DNA of 64,000 bases, from positions 18,032 to 82,031 of the forward strand of contig JAFVTS010000014.1 of the NCBI GenBank assembly GCA_017503105.1. Direction: 5' to 3'. Source of the stretch: Clostridia bacterium. GTDB lineage: Bacteria; Bacillota; Clostridia; Oscillospirales; CAG-272. Positions 36,481-45,301 of this stretch are shown piece by piece (position 1 is the stretch's first letter; every line of letters begins with the position of its first letter). The position numbers and the translations under genes were made by a program. The notes under the pieces were generated by a model. It did not search any database, was not told the DNA's origin, and was given only the letters and a program-made list of their open reading frames with translations.

Positions 36481-39400
36481 TCACGCGATCTTCTCCGCGC
36501 TGAAGGTGATGCCGAAGTCGATTATCGCGTATTTGTCAGACCTTACGGTGACGTCGTTCCATTCGGTTTTTTCATCCGAAGGATACTTACCGTTCGGCGT
36601 CTGGCTTGCGTATTCATCCCCCTCGTCAAAGAGGAACTTGTCAAAATCAACGTCAAGTCTTACCGACGTCTTGTTATCCGCAGCGCTCACCGTTACGAAC
36701 ACGGCTCCGTCCACGTATACCTTGCTCTCATCAGCAAAGAGAATGTCAACTCCCACCTTTTCGCCCTTAACGATAAAGGCGATCTTGCCGAACTCTTCAC
36801 CGTTAGCATCGGTCAGCGTTATAAGAGCGCCGTCTGCGGTCGTTTCGTAGCTTGCGGTGAACATATTCACGAAGATGCTCTTGTCCTCTTCGGTCTCATC
36901 AAGAACGTATCCGTTGACCGTAAGAGTCGCATTCTTTACAGCACCCGCCTCGGTGTTTATCACAAGCTCAGCCAAGGTATCACCCTTATCATAATTGTTA
37001 AGCTGAAGCTTTACGGTATTTTCCGCAGCTTCGATAACTATTTCGGCTTTGTTCGGAAGCTTTACCTTAAAGCTGCCTGCCTCAAAGTTTACGGAAAAGA
37101 CGTTCTGTATGCTGTATTCTACACCCTCACCCGGAGCGCCCTTCTCAGCGACGAGAGCGTTTACTTCAAATCTGAATATTTCGGGCAAGCCGAGCTCGTT
37201 AAGCTTCATTTCAAGGTCGAAGAATTTCACACCGCCAATCTCGTAGTAAATAGTGAGCTCATTCTCGGAAGCAAAAGCGTAGAATTCTGCGGTAGCGGTA
37301 TTGCCCTTTTCATCGGTCACGCTTACGTTTTCGACAAACGTAACGGACTTAACTACGCCGTTTTCCTCTTCTATCTCACATTTGAACGTGCCTTCGCCCA
37401 AAAGCTTACCCGTATTTCCGTCACAAATAACAAGGCTTCCGACGATGCCGTTTTCCGTCACGGTCTCTTCGACTGTTATAGTATACTTTTCCGTTACGGC
37501 ATAAAACTCGCATTTGCCGTTCTCCGAGCCCGTCGCGATGATCGAAATTACGTTAACGATTTCTTCGCCGATGACCGCGTCCGTTTCGGGATCGTATTCC
37601 CTTTTTATGCTCCAGATATCGAAGTCGAACGACTTGAGCATTCCGTTTCCGTGCGTTTCCAAGGAAGCCTGGAACAGAATTACGCCGTTTACTGTAATAC
37701 ACGATGAAATCATATTCGGAGAAATGCTGAAGTTGAACTGCGTCGAATTAGTGACTTCGTTTTGGTCGAGGTCGAAAGCGCGAACGTCGAAGTTGAAATA
37801 AAGCGACTTCAAGACCTCGCCCTCACGCTCGGCGGTAACGATGAGGTCGAGGAAGTAGTGCAAACGCTTACGGGGTATCTCCATATTGACGTCAATTCCG
37901 TTGTCCAAAAGCGTTACGTGTCCGTTAACGAAAATTTTGTCTGTAATTCCGTCAATCATTAAATGGTACCAATACGACGTATCGCTTCCGCGTCCAATAG
38001 AGAGCATAAATAATGTCTCGTATTCTTCCGAGATCTGACCCGTAACGGGGTCGGAGGAGCTTGTAAATCCGCAAACAACTACGGTAAATTTCGAAAGACC
38101 TTTTTCGTCCGTCAAAGCTTCAAATATGAACATATCATATCCGTTATAGCTTACGGTCGCGCTTGTTTCCGTTTCCGTGAGCTTTGCCTCAAGGGAGTAC
38201 GTGTCGTCAAGATCAAGAGTTCCCGAAAGCTCGTATCCCAATACGTTTGCGGTGAGCATTCCCGTGAAGATATCAACGCCGCGTACGTTCACGGTTATCA
38301 GATGTACGCCTTCATCGTTTTTGGTATACTTAACGGAGGCTACGGAAACGTCCGCGTTAAGAGCGACGAGCTCACCATCACCGTTTACGGTAACGGAGAG
38401 ATCCGCAAGGCCCTTAAGTTTAGAGAGCTGATCGAAGATGCTGTAAGGCGCATCCGCACCCTCGGGGGTGAAGTAAGGATTGCCGAATGCGGCGAAATTG
38501 TAGAGCTGCTCAAGTGAAAGGTCGATCACCTGAGGAATGATGGCGTTCATACGCTCCTTTATAGCGCCTATGAACTCGTCGGCCGATACGCCCGGTGCAG
38601 CGAGTTCGCAAACGACCTCACCGAGAGTCTTTTCGTAACGGTTCTCTATCTCGTCACTTACGTCAATCTTAACGTCGGAGGCGAGATAAACGACGTAATT
38701 TATAAGCTCAAATACCGTTTCAAGCTCTACGCCGTAAGCCTTGGAGAACGCGATAGCCTTTACGGCTACGTCCTTAAGCTTCATATCAAAGATTCCGTTT
38801 GCAAAGGCTATAACGGCGTCGGTCGTTCCCTTGCCGTACTGAGCGTCAATGAAGCCCTTGACGGTCACGTTTTTATAGTTAGCGGCAAACTCCGTAACAG
38901 CCTCGATGTCTACGAAATAAACGGTATTGCCGTTCTCGTCAGCCGTCGTGCCGACAAGTGCATCGCCGAACAAAGCGGCAAGAGTCTGAATATTGCCGAC
39001 GAAGTTATCGGGCGTGAGAAGAGCTGCTACGTTTGTCAAAGCTCCTCCGACGAGGGGCATATAGTGAATAAGCTCCTTACCGATATTTACAGCCGCAAGT
39101 ACGAGCTCGGAGTCGATACCTACGACACCCGCGATAGCTTCCGCTATAAGCTCCTTTGCGTTTGCGTTGTATTTCTGCTGAAGTTTTTCGCCGCTTACGC
39201 CGAGAGAGTCAAGCTCCAAAGCGAAGTCGTCGCCGTTTACGTATATGTAAAGCGCGCCGAGATCATCGCTCTTTGCGGGCTCTGCCACGTCAGCGGGAGC
39301 CTTCGTTCCGTCAAGATATTCCGACGCTACGCGGAAGGAGAACTTGACGTGTCCGAGAAGAGCGTCATCCTGCTCTTTTACCATAACTTCCGCAAGCTCT

Positions 39401-39813
39401 ACGGTAACGAAGGTCTTCTTTCCCTTCTCTTCCGTACTGTAATTGTCAAGTTCTTTGACGAGTATTATCTTGGAATCGTCGTCTATCTTTGCCGAAAGCG
39501 CCGTATTCTCAAAGATGGGGGCAATGAGCTTAGTAACGTCGGGCAAGGAAACGGCAAGTGACTCTATCTCCTTGACCTCCTTATAATCACAGCCCGCCAC
39601 AGCGCAGGTGACGGTCTTTGAGCCCTTTTCATTCACGCTCGGATACTTGGTGACCGCGATCCTGAAATCGTGCTCGTGTGTCTCGACTTTGCCCGGTTCA
39701 TTTGCCTGAGGCACATCCGTTTCGTCCTCACCGCCGCAAGAATACAAGCAGAAGCTTACGGCAAGCATAAACACGCACATAAGTACGAGAAACAAACGTT
39801 TCGTGTTTTTCAT
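36481..39813 (-). CDS. Very large (1110 aa) predicted surface lipoprotein of unknown function
   Basis: MKNTKRLFLVLMCVFMLAVSFCLYSCGG is a signal peptide with a lipobox. It has an AGGAGG RBS and its own consensus promoter. The body is beta-rich (V/T/E/G/N) and I recognise no domain in it. Confidence 0.75.
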   Translation of the reverse strand: MKNTKRLFLVLMCVFMLAVSFCLYSCGGEDETDVPQANEPGKVETHEHDFRIAVTKYPSVNEKGSKTVTCAVAGCDYKEVKEIESLAVSLPDVTKLIAPIFENTALSAKIDDDSKIILVKELDNYSTEEKGKKTFVTVELAEVMVKEQDDALLGHVKFSFRVASEYLDGTKAPADVAEPAKSDDLGALYIYVNGDDFALELDSLGVSGEKLQQKYNANAKELIAEAIAGVVGIDSELVLAAVNIGKELIHYMPLVGGALTNVAALLTPDNFVGNIQTLAALFGDALVGTTADENGNTVYFVDIEAVTEFAANYKNVTVKGFIDAQYGKGTTDAVIAFANGIFDMKLKDVAVKAIAFSKAYGVELETVFELINYVVYLASDVKIDVSDEIENRYEKTLGEVVCELAAPGVSADEFIGAIKERMNAIIPQVIDLSLEQLYNFAAFGNPYFTPEGADAPYSIFDQLSKLKGLADLSVTVNGDGELVALNADVSVASVKYTKNDEGVHLITVNVRGVDIFTGMLTANVLGYELSGTLDLDDTYSLEAKLTETETSATVSYNGYDMFIFEALTDEKGLSKFTVVVCGFTSSSDPVTGQISEEYETLFMLSIGRGSDTSYWYHLMIDGITDKIFVNGHVTLLDNGIDVNMEIPRKRLHYFLDLIVTAEREGEVLKSLYFNFDVRAFDLDQNEVTNSTQFNFSISPNMISSCITVNGVILFQASLETHGNGMLKSFDFDIWSIKREYDPETDAVIGEEIVNVISIIATGSENGKCEFYAVTEKYTITVEETVTENGIVGSLVICDGNTGKLLGEGTFKCEIEEENGVVKSVTFVENVSVTDEKGNTATAEFYAFASENELTIYYEIGGVKFFDLEMKLNELGLPEIFRFEVNALVAEKGAPGEGVEYSIQNVFSVNFEAGSFKVKLPNKAEIVIEAAENTVKLQLNNYDKGDTLAELVINTEAGAVKNATLTVNGYVLDETEEDKSIFVNMFTASYETTADGALITLTDANGEEFGKIAFIVKGEKVGVDILFADESKVYVDGAVFVTVSAADNKTSVRLDVDFDKFLFDEGDEYASQTPNGKYPSDEKTEWNDVTVRSDKYAIIDFGITFSAEKIA

Positions 39814-39847
39814 TGTGTTTTCCTCCTAAAAAATTATTTGTACTGTT

Positions 39848-39876
39848 ATTATATCACTTGGCTGAATTGTTGTCAA
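39848..39876 (-). promoter_or_regulatory. Consensus sigma-A promoter of the lipoprotein/ABC operon
   Basis: On the minus strand: TTGACA (39876-39871), a 17-nt spacer, then TATAAT (39853-39848), about 35 nt upstream of the start at 39813. Confidence 0.6.
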
Positions 39877-40005
39877 CATTAAAATGCAAAAATATTTTAA
39901 CATTATTTTTAATTATGTAAAATTTATAGCTATAAAAAGGTGTTTTTACAGCACGGCCCGACGGCGGGATAGCCCCTGTCCGAACGTTTTTTGCTTACAA
40001 TAGTC

Positions 40006-40848
40006 TTAATTTGAGAGTCCGCCCTTTTTATCTTCTGTCGGCGTTTTTCCGAATTTCTTTTTATACGCCTTACAAAAATAGACGATGTCTGAAAATCCGC
40101 ACATCAAAGCCGCATCTTTGACCATTATATTGTTAGAAGTTATAAAAAGATTGCGCGCATACCTAAGCCTTATCTCAAGTATGTATTTGAATATCGGTAC
40201 ACCGTATCTGCTTTTAAAGCTATGACACAGAGTTGACGCCGAAACGCAAAAGTGTTGTGAAAGAGCTGCAAGCGTTATTTTTTTGGAGAAATTTTTATTT
40301 ATGTATTTCGCGATCTCATCAAGCCAATCATCCTCTTCGTTTTTAGCGGATTCAAAAAAATCAACGTAAAACGAATATGCAAGCGAGGAGAGTTTTCCCT
40401 GATCCGCGCCTTTTTGATATTCATATATTATCTGCTTGATCGCAGACAGATATTTTGCAGTATTTGTGTTTTTGTAAAACAGAAATCCGTTATCGGCAAA
40501 ATTATCGTTTAATTCATCCGCAGCACTCCCCGTCACCGTAAGAAAAGCGCTTACGAGCCCGCCCTCGTTTATATACTCCACAGGAGTATGCACTGATGTG
40601 AAAAAAGAGCACCCTTTTTTCAAAGCATACGATTCGCCGTTACAGCGAAGAGTTCCTCTTCCTTCGAGTATAAAAAGTATTTGATGAAACCCGCTCGTTC
40701 CGTCGGGACGTATTACAGTCTCCTGGTTATGCTCTTCTCCCGCACTGAGAAATACTATCGGATATTTGTTTGCGCTGTTGCAAAAAGCATTTATTATCAT
40801 ATTTCCTCCGTTTGCAAGATATTCCAACAAATATGCAATATAATCCAT
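40006..40848 (-). CDS. AraC family transcriptional regulator
   Basis: 280 aa with a cupin-like N-terminal domain and a C-terminal HTH (VKDAALMCGFSDIVYFCKAYKKKFGKTPTE). It is divergent from the GH2 gene and visibly more AT-rich than its neighbours. Confidence 0.85.
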   Translation of the reverse strand: MDYIAYLLEYLANGGNMIINAFCNSANKYPIVFLSAGEEHNQETVIRPDGTSGFHQILFILEGRGTLRCNGESYALKKGCSFFTSVHTPVEYINEGGLVSAFLTVTGSAADELNDNFADNGFLFYKNTNTAKYLSAIKQIIYEYQKGADQGKLSSLAYSFYVDFFESAKNEEDDWLDEIAKYINKNFSKKITLAALSQHFCVSASTLCHSFKSRYGVPIFKYILEIRLRYARNLFITSNNIMVKDAALMCGFSDIVYFCKAYKKKFGKTPTEDKKGGLSN

Positions 40849-40929
40849 TTACTCGCCCGTTTGTTTGCAATATAATCATTATAGCACACAAAAATTAAAA
40901 AATCAACGGCAGAAACGAGAGGTGTATTT

Positions 40930-43332
40930 ATGAAAAAAAGATGTATATCAAAGGATTGGAAATTTAAAAACGTCACTCTTGGCAGCAATTACACGGATAT
41001 AGACCTTCCGCACGATTACCAGATAAAGCAAAAAAGAGATCCGTCGGAATCTGCGGGAATCGGTTTTTATCCCGACACCGAGGGGCGATACGTGAAATAC
41101 ATTTATTTCGACAAAGATCATAAGAACAAGCATTACATACTTGATATAGACGGGGCTTATATGTGCACACACATTGAGTTCAACGAGCATTTTGTCGCTA
41201 TGCATCCTTACGGTTATACCCCGTTTTTAGCCGATATTACCGACCTTATTATAACGAACGTGACGAACAAGCTCGTCATCACAACCTCACCTCTTCCGCG
41301 CTCGTGCAGATGGTATTCGGGTAACGGTATATACAGAGACGTTTTTCTCTGGGAAGGCGGAAGTATTCGTATTGAACCGCGAGATATGTTCATATCGACG
41401 CTGAGTGCCTCTGAAGAAGAGGCGTCGTTAAGTCTTCGCTATACCGTAAGCGCTGACGAAGACGCAGACGCAGACGTTATATTTACCGTTTTCGACCCGG
41501 AAAACAACGCCGTAAAAACCGAAAATGTTTCTACCCGGCTAAAAAAAGGAAAAAACGAATATGAGCACACATTGAATATTCCCCACCCCAAGCTTTGGAA
41601 TATAGACACGCCGAACCTTTGCACGCTCAAAACGGAGATCGTGAAGGACGGAGAAATAACGGATATATCGGAAAACACGTTCGGAATCAGAACCGTTACC
41701 GCCGACTCAGAAAACGGCTTGCTTATCAACGGCAGGTTTGTAAAGCTTCGCGGCGGCTGTATCCACCACGATCACGGAGAATTGGGTGCTGCCGCCTTTC
41801 CCGCTGCCGAGGAACGAAAGGTACGCCTGCTTCAGGAAGCGGGGTTCAACGCTCTCCGTTGCGCTCACAATCCTCCGTCACTTGCGTTCCTCGAATGCTG
41901 CGACCGACTCGGAATGATCGTAATGGACGAGGCGTTCGATGCGTGGAACAAAAGGAAAACGCCATCGGATTATCACCTTTTCTTTAGTGATTGGTGGGCT
42001 CGCGATATATCGTATATGGTAAAGAGGGACCGTAACCATCCTTGCGTACTCAGCTATTCAATAGGTAACGAGATACTTGAGATAGACGGTACCTCGGACA
42101 GCGCCGAGTGGTCAAGAAGGCTGAGCGATGAGATACGCAAATACGATGACACGAGGCTCGTTACGTCGGGAATACAGAAGATCTTTGTAAAAAAGAAGTC
42201 CTTAGAAAGTACGGATCCCGACGACTATAAGGAATACATCGAAAACACCTTTAAAAAGCTTGACCGAACGCAAATCAACAGCGTCACCCTTCCATACGAG
42301 AAAAATCTTGATATAGTTGGCGTGAACTATTATTTTGAAAATTATTCGTTTGAGTGTGAACAGTACCCGGATCGCGTTCTTTGGGGCAGTGAAACTCAGG
42401 CTATACACTTTTACCGCTCGTGGTCGTTGGCGGAAAAAAACAACTGTATTCTCGGTGATTTCACCTGGACCGCCTACGACAATATGGGCGAGGTAGGTGC
42501 AGGAAGAGGCGTTTGGGAGCGCGACGGCGGATACAAGGGTGGGCTTACGCTCGGCAAGTATCCTTGGAGAAATTGTTACCAGGGAGACCTTGATCTTTGC
42601 GGTTACCGACGCCCTCAATCTTATTACCGCGAGGCATTATGGATAGGAAACAAAGAGCCTCGCATCTTTACCACACATCCCGAGCACTTCGGAGAGAATT
42701 ACAGCGGTACTAACTGGCATTGGTATGACGTTCACGAAAGCTGGACTTATGATGACAAATACATCGGCAGACCGATAAAAGCCGAAACGTATACCGACGC
42801 CGATAAAATCGTATGGTTCGTAAACGGGAAAATCGTGGGTGAAAGCGTCCCCGTCGACGGCATAGCGACCGTCAGCACGATATATGAAAAAGGATACATC
42901 CGCGCAGTATCTTATAAGAACGGAAAAGAACACTCCGAATACACGCTTGAAACGACGGGGAGCGCGTGCGCCATCTCTCTCTCTCCCGAAAAAGAGGAGC
43001 TTTGCGCCGACGGAAGAGACCTGTGCTACGTTCGGATAAGTCTTCGTGATAAGAACGGACGCCCCGTCGTGGGTGATGACAAAGAGATAGAATGTTATGT
43101 AAATAACGGAGAATTGCTTGCTTTCTTCAGCGGCGATCCAAAAACCGAGGACGATGCCTCCTCAAACCGTTGCCACACGTTTAACGGATGCGCTTTGGCT
43201 ATAATAAGAACAAAAAGCGCAGGTAATATCTCCGTAACCGTGTGCGGAAAAGAGCTTGCGGGAGAAACAAAAACAGTCGTAGCTAAAGATCTTAATATTT
43301 CATTTATATACGACTGTCGGTGCGACGGGTAA
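40930..43332 (+). CDS. Glycoside hydrolase family 2 protein (beta-galactosidase/beta-glucuronidase-like)
   Basis: 800 aa with NALRCAHNPPS, MDEAFD and RDRNHPCVLSYSIGNE (acid/base NE), plus C-terminal Ig-like/DUF4982-like domains. The last 6 codons and the stop lie inside the repeat described below. Confidence 0.85.
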   Translation: MKKRCISKDWKFKNVTLGSNYTDIDLPHDYQIKQKRDPSESAGIGFYPDTEGRYVKYIYFDKDHKNKHYILDIDGAYMCTHIEFNEHFVAMHPYGYTPFLADITDLIITNVTNKLVITTSPLPRSCRWYSGNGIYRDVFLWEGGSIRIEPRDMFISTLSASEEEASLSLRYTVSADEDADADVIFTVFDPENNAVKTENVSTRLKKGKNEYEHTLNIPHPKLWNIDTPNLCTLKTEIVKDGEITDISENTFGIRTVTADSENGLLINGRFVKLRGGCIHHDHGELGAAAFPAAEERKVRLLQEAGFNALRCAHNPPSLAFLECCDRLGMIVMDEAFDAWNKRKTPSDYHLFFSDWWARDISYMVKRDRNHPCVLSYSIGNEILEIDGTSDSAEWSRRLSDEIRKYDDTRLVTSGIQKIFVKKKSLESTDPDDYKEYIENTFKKLDRTQINSVTLPYEKNLDIVGVNYYFENYSFECEQYPDRVLWGSETQAIHFYRSWSLAEKNNCILGDFTWTAYDNMGEVGAGRGVWERDGGYKGGLTLGKYPWRNCYQGDLDLCGYRRPQSYYREALWIGNKEPRIFTTHPEHFGENYSGTNWHWYDVHESWTYDDKYIGRPIKAETYTDADKIVWFVNGKIVGESVPVDGIATVSTIYEKGYIRAVSYKNGKEHSEYTLETTGSACAISLSPEKEELCADGRDLCYVRISLRDKNGRPVVGDDKEIECYVNNGELLAFFSGDPKTEDDASSNRCHTFNGCALAIIRTKSAGNISVTVCGKELAGETKTVVAKDLNISFIYDCRCDG

Positions 43333-43705
43333 CAAAAAGCACCCGCGAGGGGTGCTTGAAATACAACAAAATCAAACTATTTCGACGGGAAGTCGAACTA
43401 TGCAAATCGCTTTGCGCTTTGCATACGCAGTTTCCCTCGCCGAAAGCGAGGCAAACGTGCGCCGTGTGGGCTGAAGCCCCACGCGCTCTCGCACCTGTCG
43501 GTGCCGCGGGTAACAAAAAGCACCCGCGAGGGGTAAGGTTTTTCTTCGACGGGAAGTCGAACTATGCAAATCGCTTTGCGCTTTGCATACGCAGTTTCCC
43601 TCGCCGAAAGCGAGGTAAACGTGCGCCGTGTGGGCTGAAGCCCCACGCGCTCTCGCACCTGTCGGTGCCGCGAATAACAAAAAGCACCCGCGAGGGGTGC
43701 TTTTT
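43314..43705. repeat. Tandem direct repeat of a hairpin-saturated 154-nt unit (2 full copies plus 1 partial), each ending in a terminator-like hairpin
   Basis: Copies at 43381-43534 and 43545-43698 have a 164-nt period and 3 mismatches by eye. A partial copy lies at 43314-43355. Six helices can be drawn per unit (see finding). Confidence 0.9.
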
Positions 43706-43710
43706 GTTAT

Positions 43711-44077
43711 TGGTGGAGCCGACGGGAATCGAACCCGTGTCCAAAAACCTCTTGATACAACTTTCTTCGCGGACAGTTTGTCTTTTATCCTTCCCCATCG
43801 GGAGCGCCGACAAACAAGCTCGCCTTCAGAGTAGCCCTTTTTTGCTTGATCGGTTCAAGGGCGAAACGCCGATGCAAGTTCACTACTGATTTGACGCACG
43901 GCAGGGGCCGTAGTCCTCCCCTGCGGTACGGGCGGCATTATAGCCGCGACACAGCCTTAGGCTGCAAGAGCAACTCTATTGTTGTCGTTTATTTTTAAGT
44001 TTGGACAGTTTTACGGGATTATCCTGCCCGCCGCGCTTATCATACCTCGGGATCCCTGTCGAAACCATTGCGGCCCC
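43711..44077 (-). ncRNA. ssrA: tmRNA (SsrA)
   Basis: On the minus strand the 5' end reads GGGGCCGCAATGGTTTCGACAGGG and the 3' end reads GGACACGGGTTCGATTCCCGTCGGCTCCACCA (T-arm, acceptor, CCA). The inferred tag frame GAC AAC AAT AGA GTT GCT CTT GCA GCC TAA (43986-43957) gives (A)DNNRVALAA. Confidence 0.95.
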
Positions 44078-44098
44078 ATATTGCTGATAGCAATAATA

Positions 44099-44127
44099 AT
44101 TATACACGCTTTTATTCGCTTTGTCAA
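44099..44127 (-). promoter_or_regulatory. Consensus sigma-A promoter for ssrA precursor
   Basis: On the minus strand: TTGACA (44127-44122), a 17-nt spacer, then TATAAT (44104-44099). The -10 box ends 21 nt before the mature 5' end, which implies a processed leader. Confidence 0.6.
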
Positions 44128-44218
44128 GAAATTTTCATCGCAAAATCTTGCAAAAACCGAGCTTTTGTGATATAATTATAAAATCATATATTTTGTTTAT
44201 ATTTCAAAAAGGTGTTTT

Positions 44219-45217
44219 ATGGATTCTCTGATTTTTGCTTTTAACGCAGTTCTGCCCATCGTCCTCGTCGTGGCGCTTGGGTATTTTATTAAAAGGATAA
44301 AGCTCGTTACCGTGGGCACGGCAAAAGAGCTGAACAAGATAGTTTTCCGCGTTCTTCTGCCTGCCAACCTTTTTTTGAGCGTTTACAAGATCGATTCCCT
44401 TGCGAGCGTCAATCTCACTTTCGTGCTTTTTGCCGTTGTCGCGACCGTAGCTCTTTTCGCTCTCGGGCTTATTTACGTACGCTTTGCCACGAAGGAATAT
44501 TCAAGGCGCGGCGCGCTTTTGCAAGCCGTGTTCCGTTCAAACTACGCACTCATCGGCGTTTCCCTCGTCGTTGAGATATTCGGAGAATCGGGCTCGGGCT
44601 CGGCGGCGCTGCTTGCGGCGTTCATCGTTCCGCTCTTCAACATCCTCGCGGTAATAACTCTCACGGTCTTTGAGCCCGTAGCCGAGGGGGAGGAAAAGCA
44701 TAAGATAAGCGTCAAAAGGATAGTCATCGGAATTTTAAAGAATCCTCTCGCGCTCTCCGTTTTCACGGGTCTTGCGGTGCTCGGAATAAGAGCGTGCTTC
44801 GTCAGATTTGACCTGAGCTTCAGACTCAGCGATCTCTCCCCCGTCAGCTCGGTTCTTGAAATGCTCTCGCGCTCCGCGACGCCCCTCGCCCTCGTTGCCC
44901 TCGGCGCGCAGTTCGAATTTTCCGCTGTTAAGGAAATGAAGCGCGAGATAATCAGCGCGACGGTGGTAAGACTCATTTTCGTTCCTCTTCTCGCCCTCGG
45001 TTCAGCTGTGCTCTTCTTCCGCTTTACAGGACCCGAGTACGCGGCATTGATTGCGGCGTTTGCAAGCCCCGTTGCGGTGTCGAGCGTTCCTATGGCGCAG
45101 GAGATGCGCGGCGACGCGACTCTCGCAGGGCAGATAGTCGTCTGGACGACGCTCTTCTCGTCCGTGTCGCTCTTCCTCTTCATCTTTGCGCTGAGAGCTC
45201 TCGGCGTACTCGTCTGA
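44219..45217 (+). CDS. AEC (auxin efflux carrier) family transporter
   Basis: 332 aa with about 10 TM helices. The N-terminus, NAVLPIVLVVALGYFIKR, is typical of the AEC/malate-permease-like family. Confidence 0.7.
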   Translation: MDSLIFAFNAVLPIVLVVALGYFIKRIKLVTVGTAKELNKIVFRVLLPANLFLSVYKIDSLASVNLTFVLFAVVATVALFALGLIYVRFATKEYSRRGALLQAVFRSNYALIGVSLVVEIFGESGSGSAALLAAFIVPLFNILAVITLTVFEPVAEGEEKHKISVKRIVIGILKNPLALSVFTGLAVLGIRACFVRFDLSFRLSDLSPVSSVLEMLSRSATPLALVALGAQFEFSAVKEMKREIISATVVRLIFVPLLALGSAVLFFRFTGPEYAALIAAFASPVAVSSVPMAQEMRGDATLAGQIVVWTTLFSSVSLFLFIFALRALGVLV

Positions 45218-45221
45218 AAAT

Positions 45222-45291
45222 AAAAAACGGCAAGGCGTCCTTCCCGTCCGAAAAGCATTGCTTTCGGGGTGTCGGAGCTTGCCGTTTTTTT
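45222..45291. terminator. Bidirectional terminator (long compound hairpin) between convergent genes
   Basis: A6 then CGGCAAG (45228-45234), pairing with CTTGCCG (45278-45284), then T7. Inner CCGAAA...TTTCGG pairing is also possible. Confidence 0.7.
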
Positions 45292-45301
45292 AAATTTTAC
45301 T

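Noticed and set aside
36289-37707. 472-aa plus-strand ORF opposite the 1110-aa lipoprotein gene. Similar cases are 25724-27229 (+, 501 aa), 62347-63693 (-, 448 aa), 19430-20461 (+), 23321-24349 (+), 47140-48135 (+), 49547-50263 (-) and 13036-13830 (+)
   Set aside because: These are shadow ORFs antisense to genes with strong motif support. They have Arg/Leu/Ser-rich, low-complexity composition, no RBS, and no recognisable motifs.
43457-43500. GTGCGCC... resembles the GUGCG 5' end of group II introns, and the TATGCAAA hairpin superficially resembles domain V
   Set aside because: The unit is only about 154 nt. It has no AGC-bulge-GNRA domain V geometry, no intron ORF or reverse transcriptase, and no domain VI-like 3' end.
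43314-43710. Possible CRISPR array
   Set aside because: There are only about 2.3 copies. The 154-nt units are separated by a 10-nt junction rather than by 25-40 nt repeats alternating with unique spacers. No cas genes are in the window.
43320-43889. Track ORFs (189 aa on plus; 102, 86, 83 and 70 aa on minus) spanning the repeat array and ssrA, some with internally repeated peptide sequence
   Set aside because: They run through the tmRNA gene and the terminator hairpins and have no RBS. Their repetitiveness only mirrors the DNA repeat. They are Arg/Ala/Cys-rich, as expected for non-coding GC-rich hairpins.
40006-44218. Prophage or integrative island at the ssrA 3' end
   Set aside because: There is no integrase, no duplicated ssrA 3' segment, and no phage genes. 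Only the compositional oddity remains, and it is reported separately as a low-interest finding.
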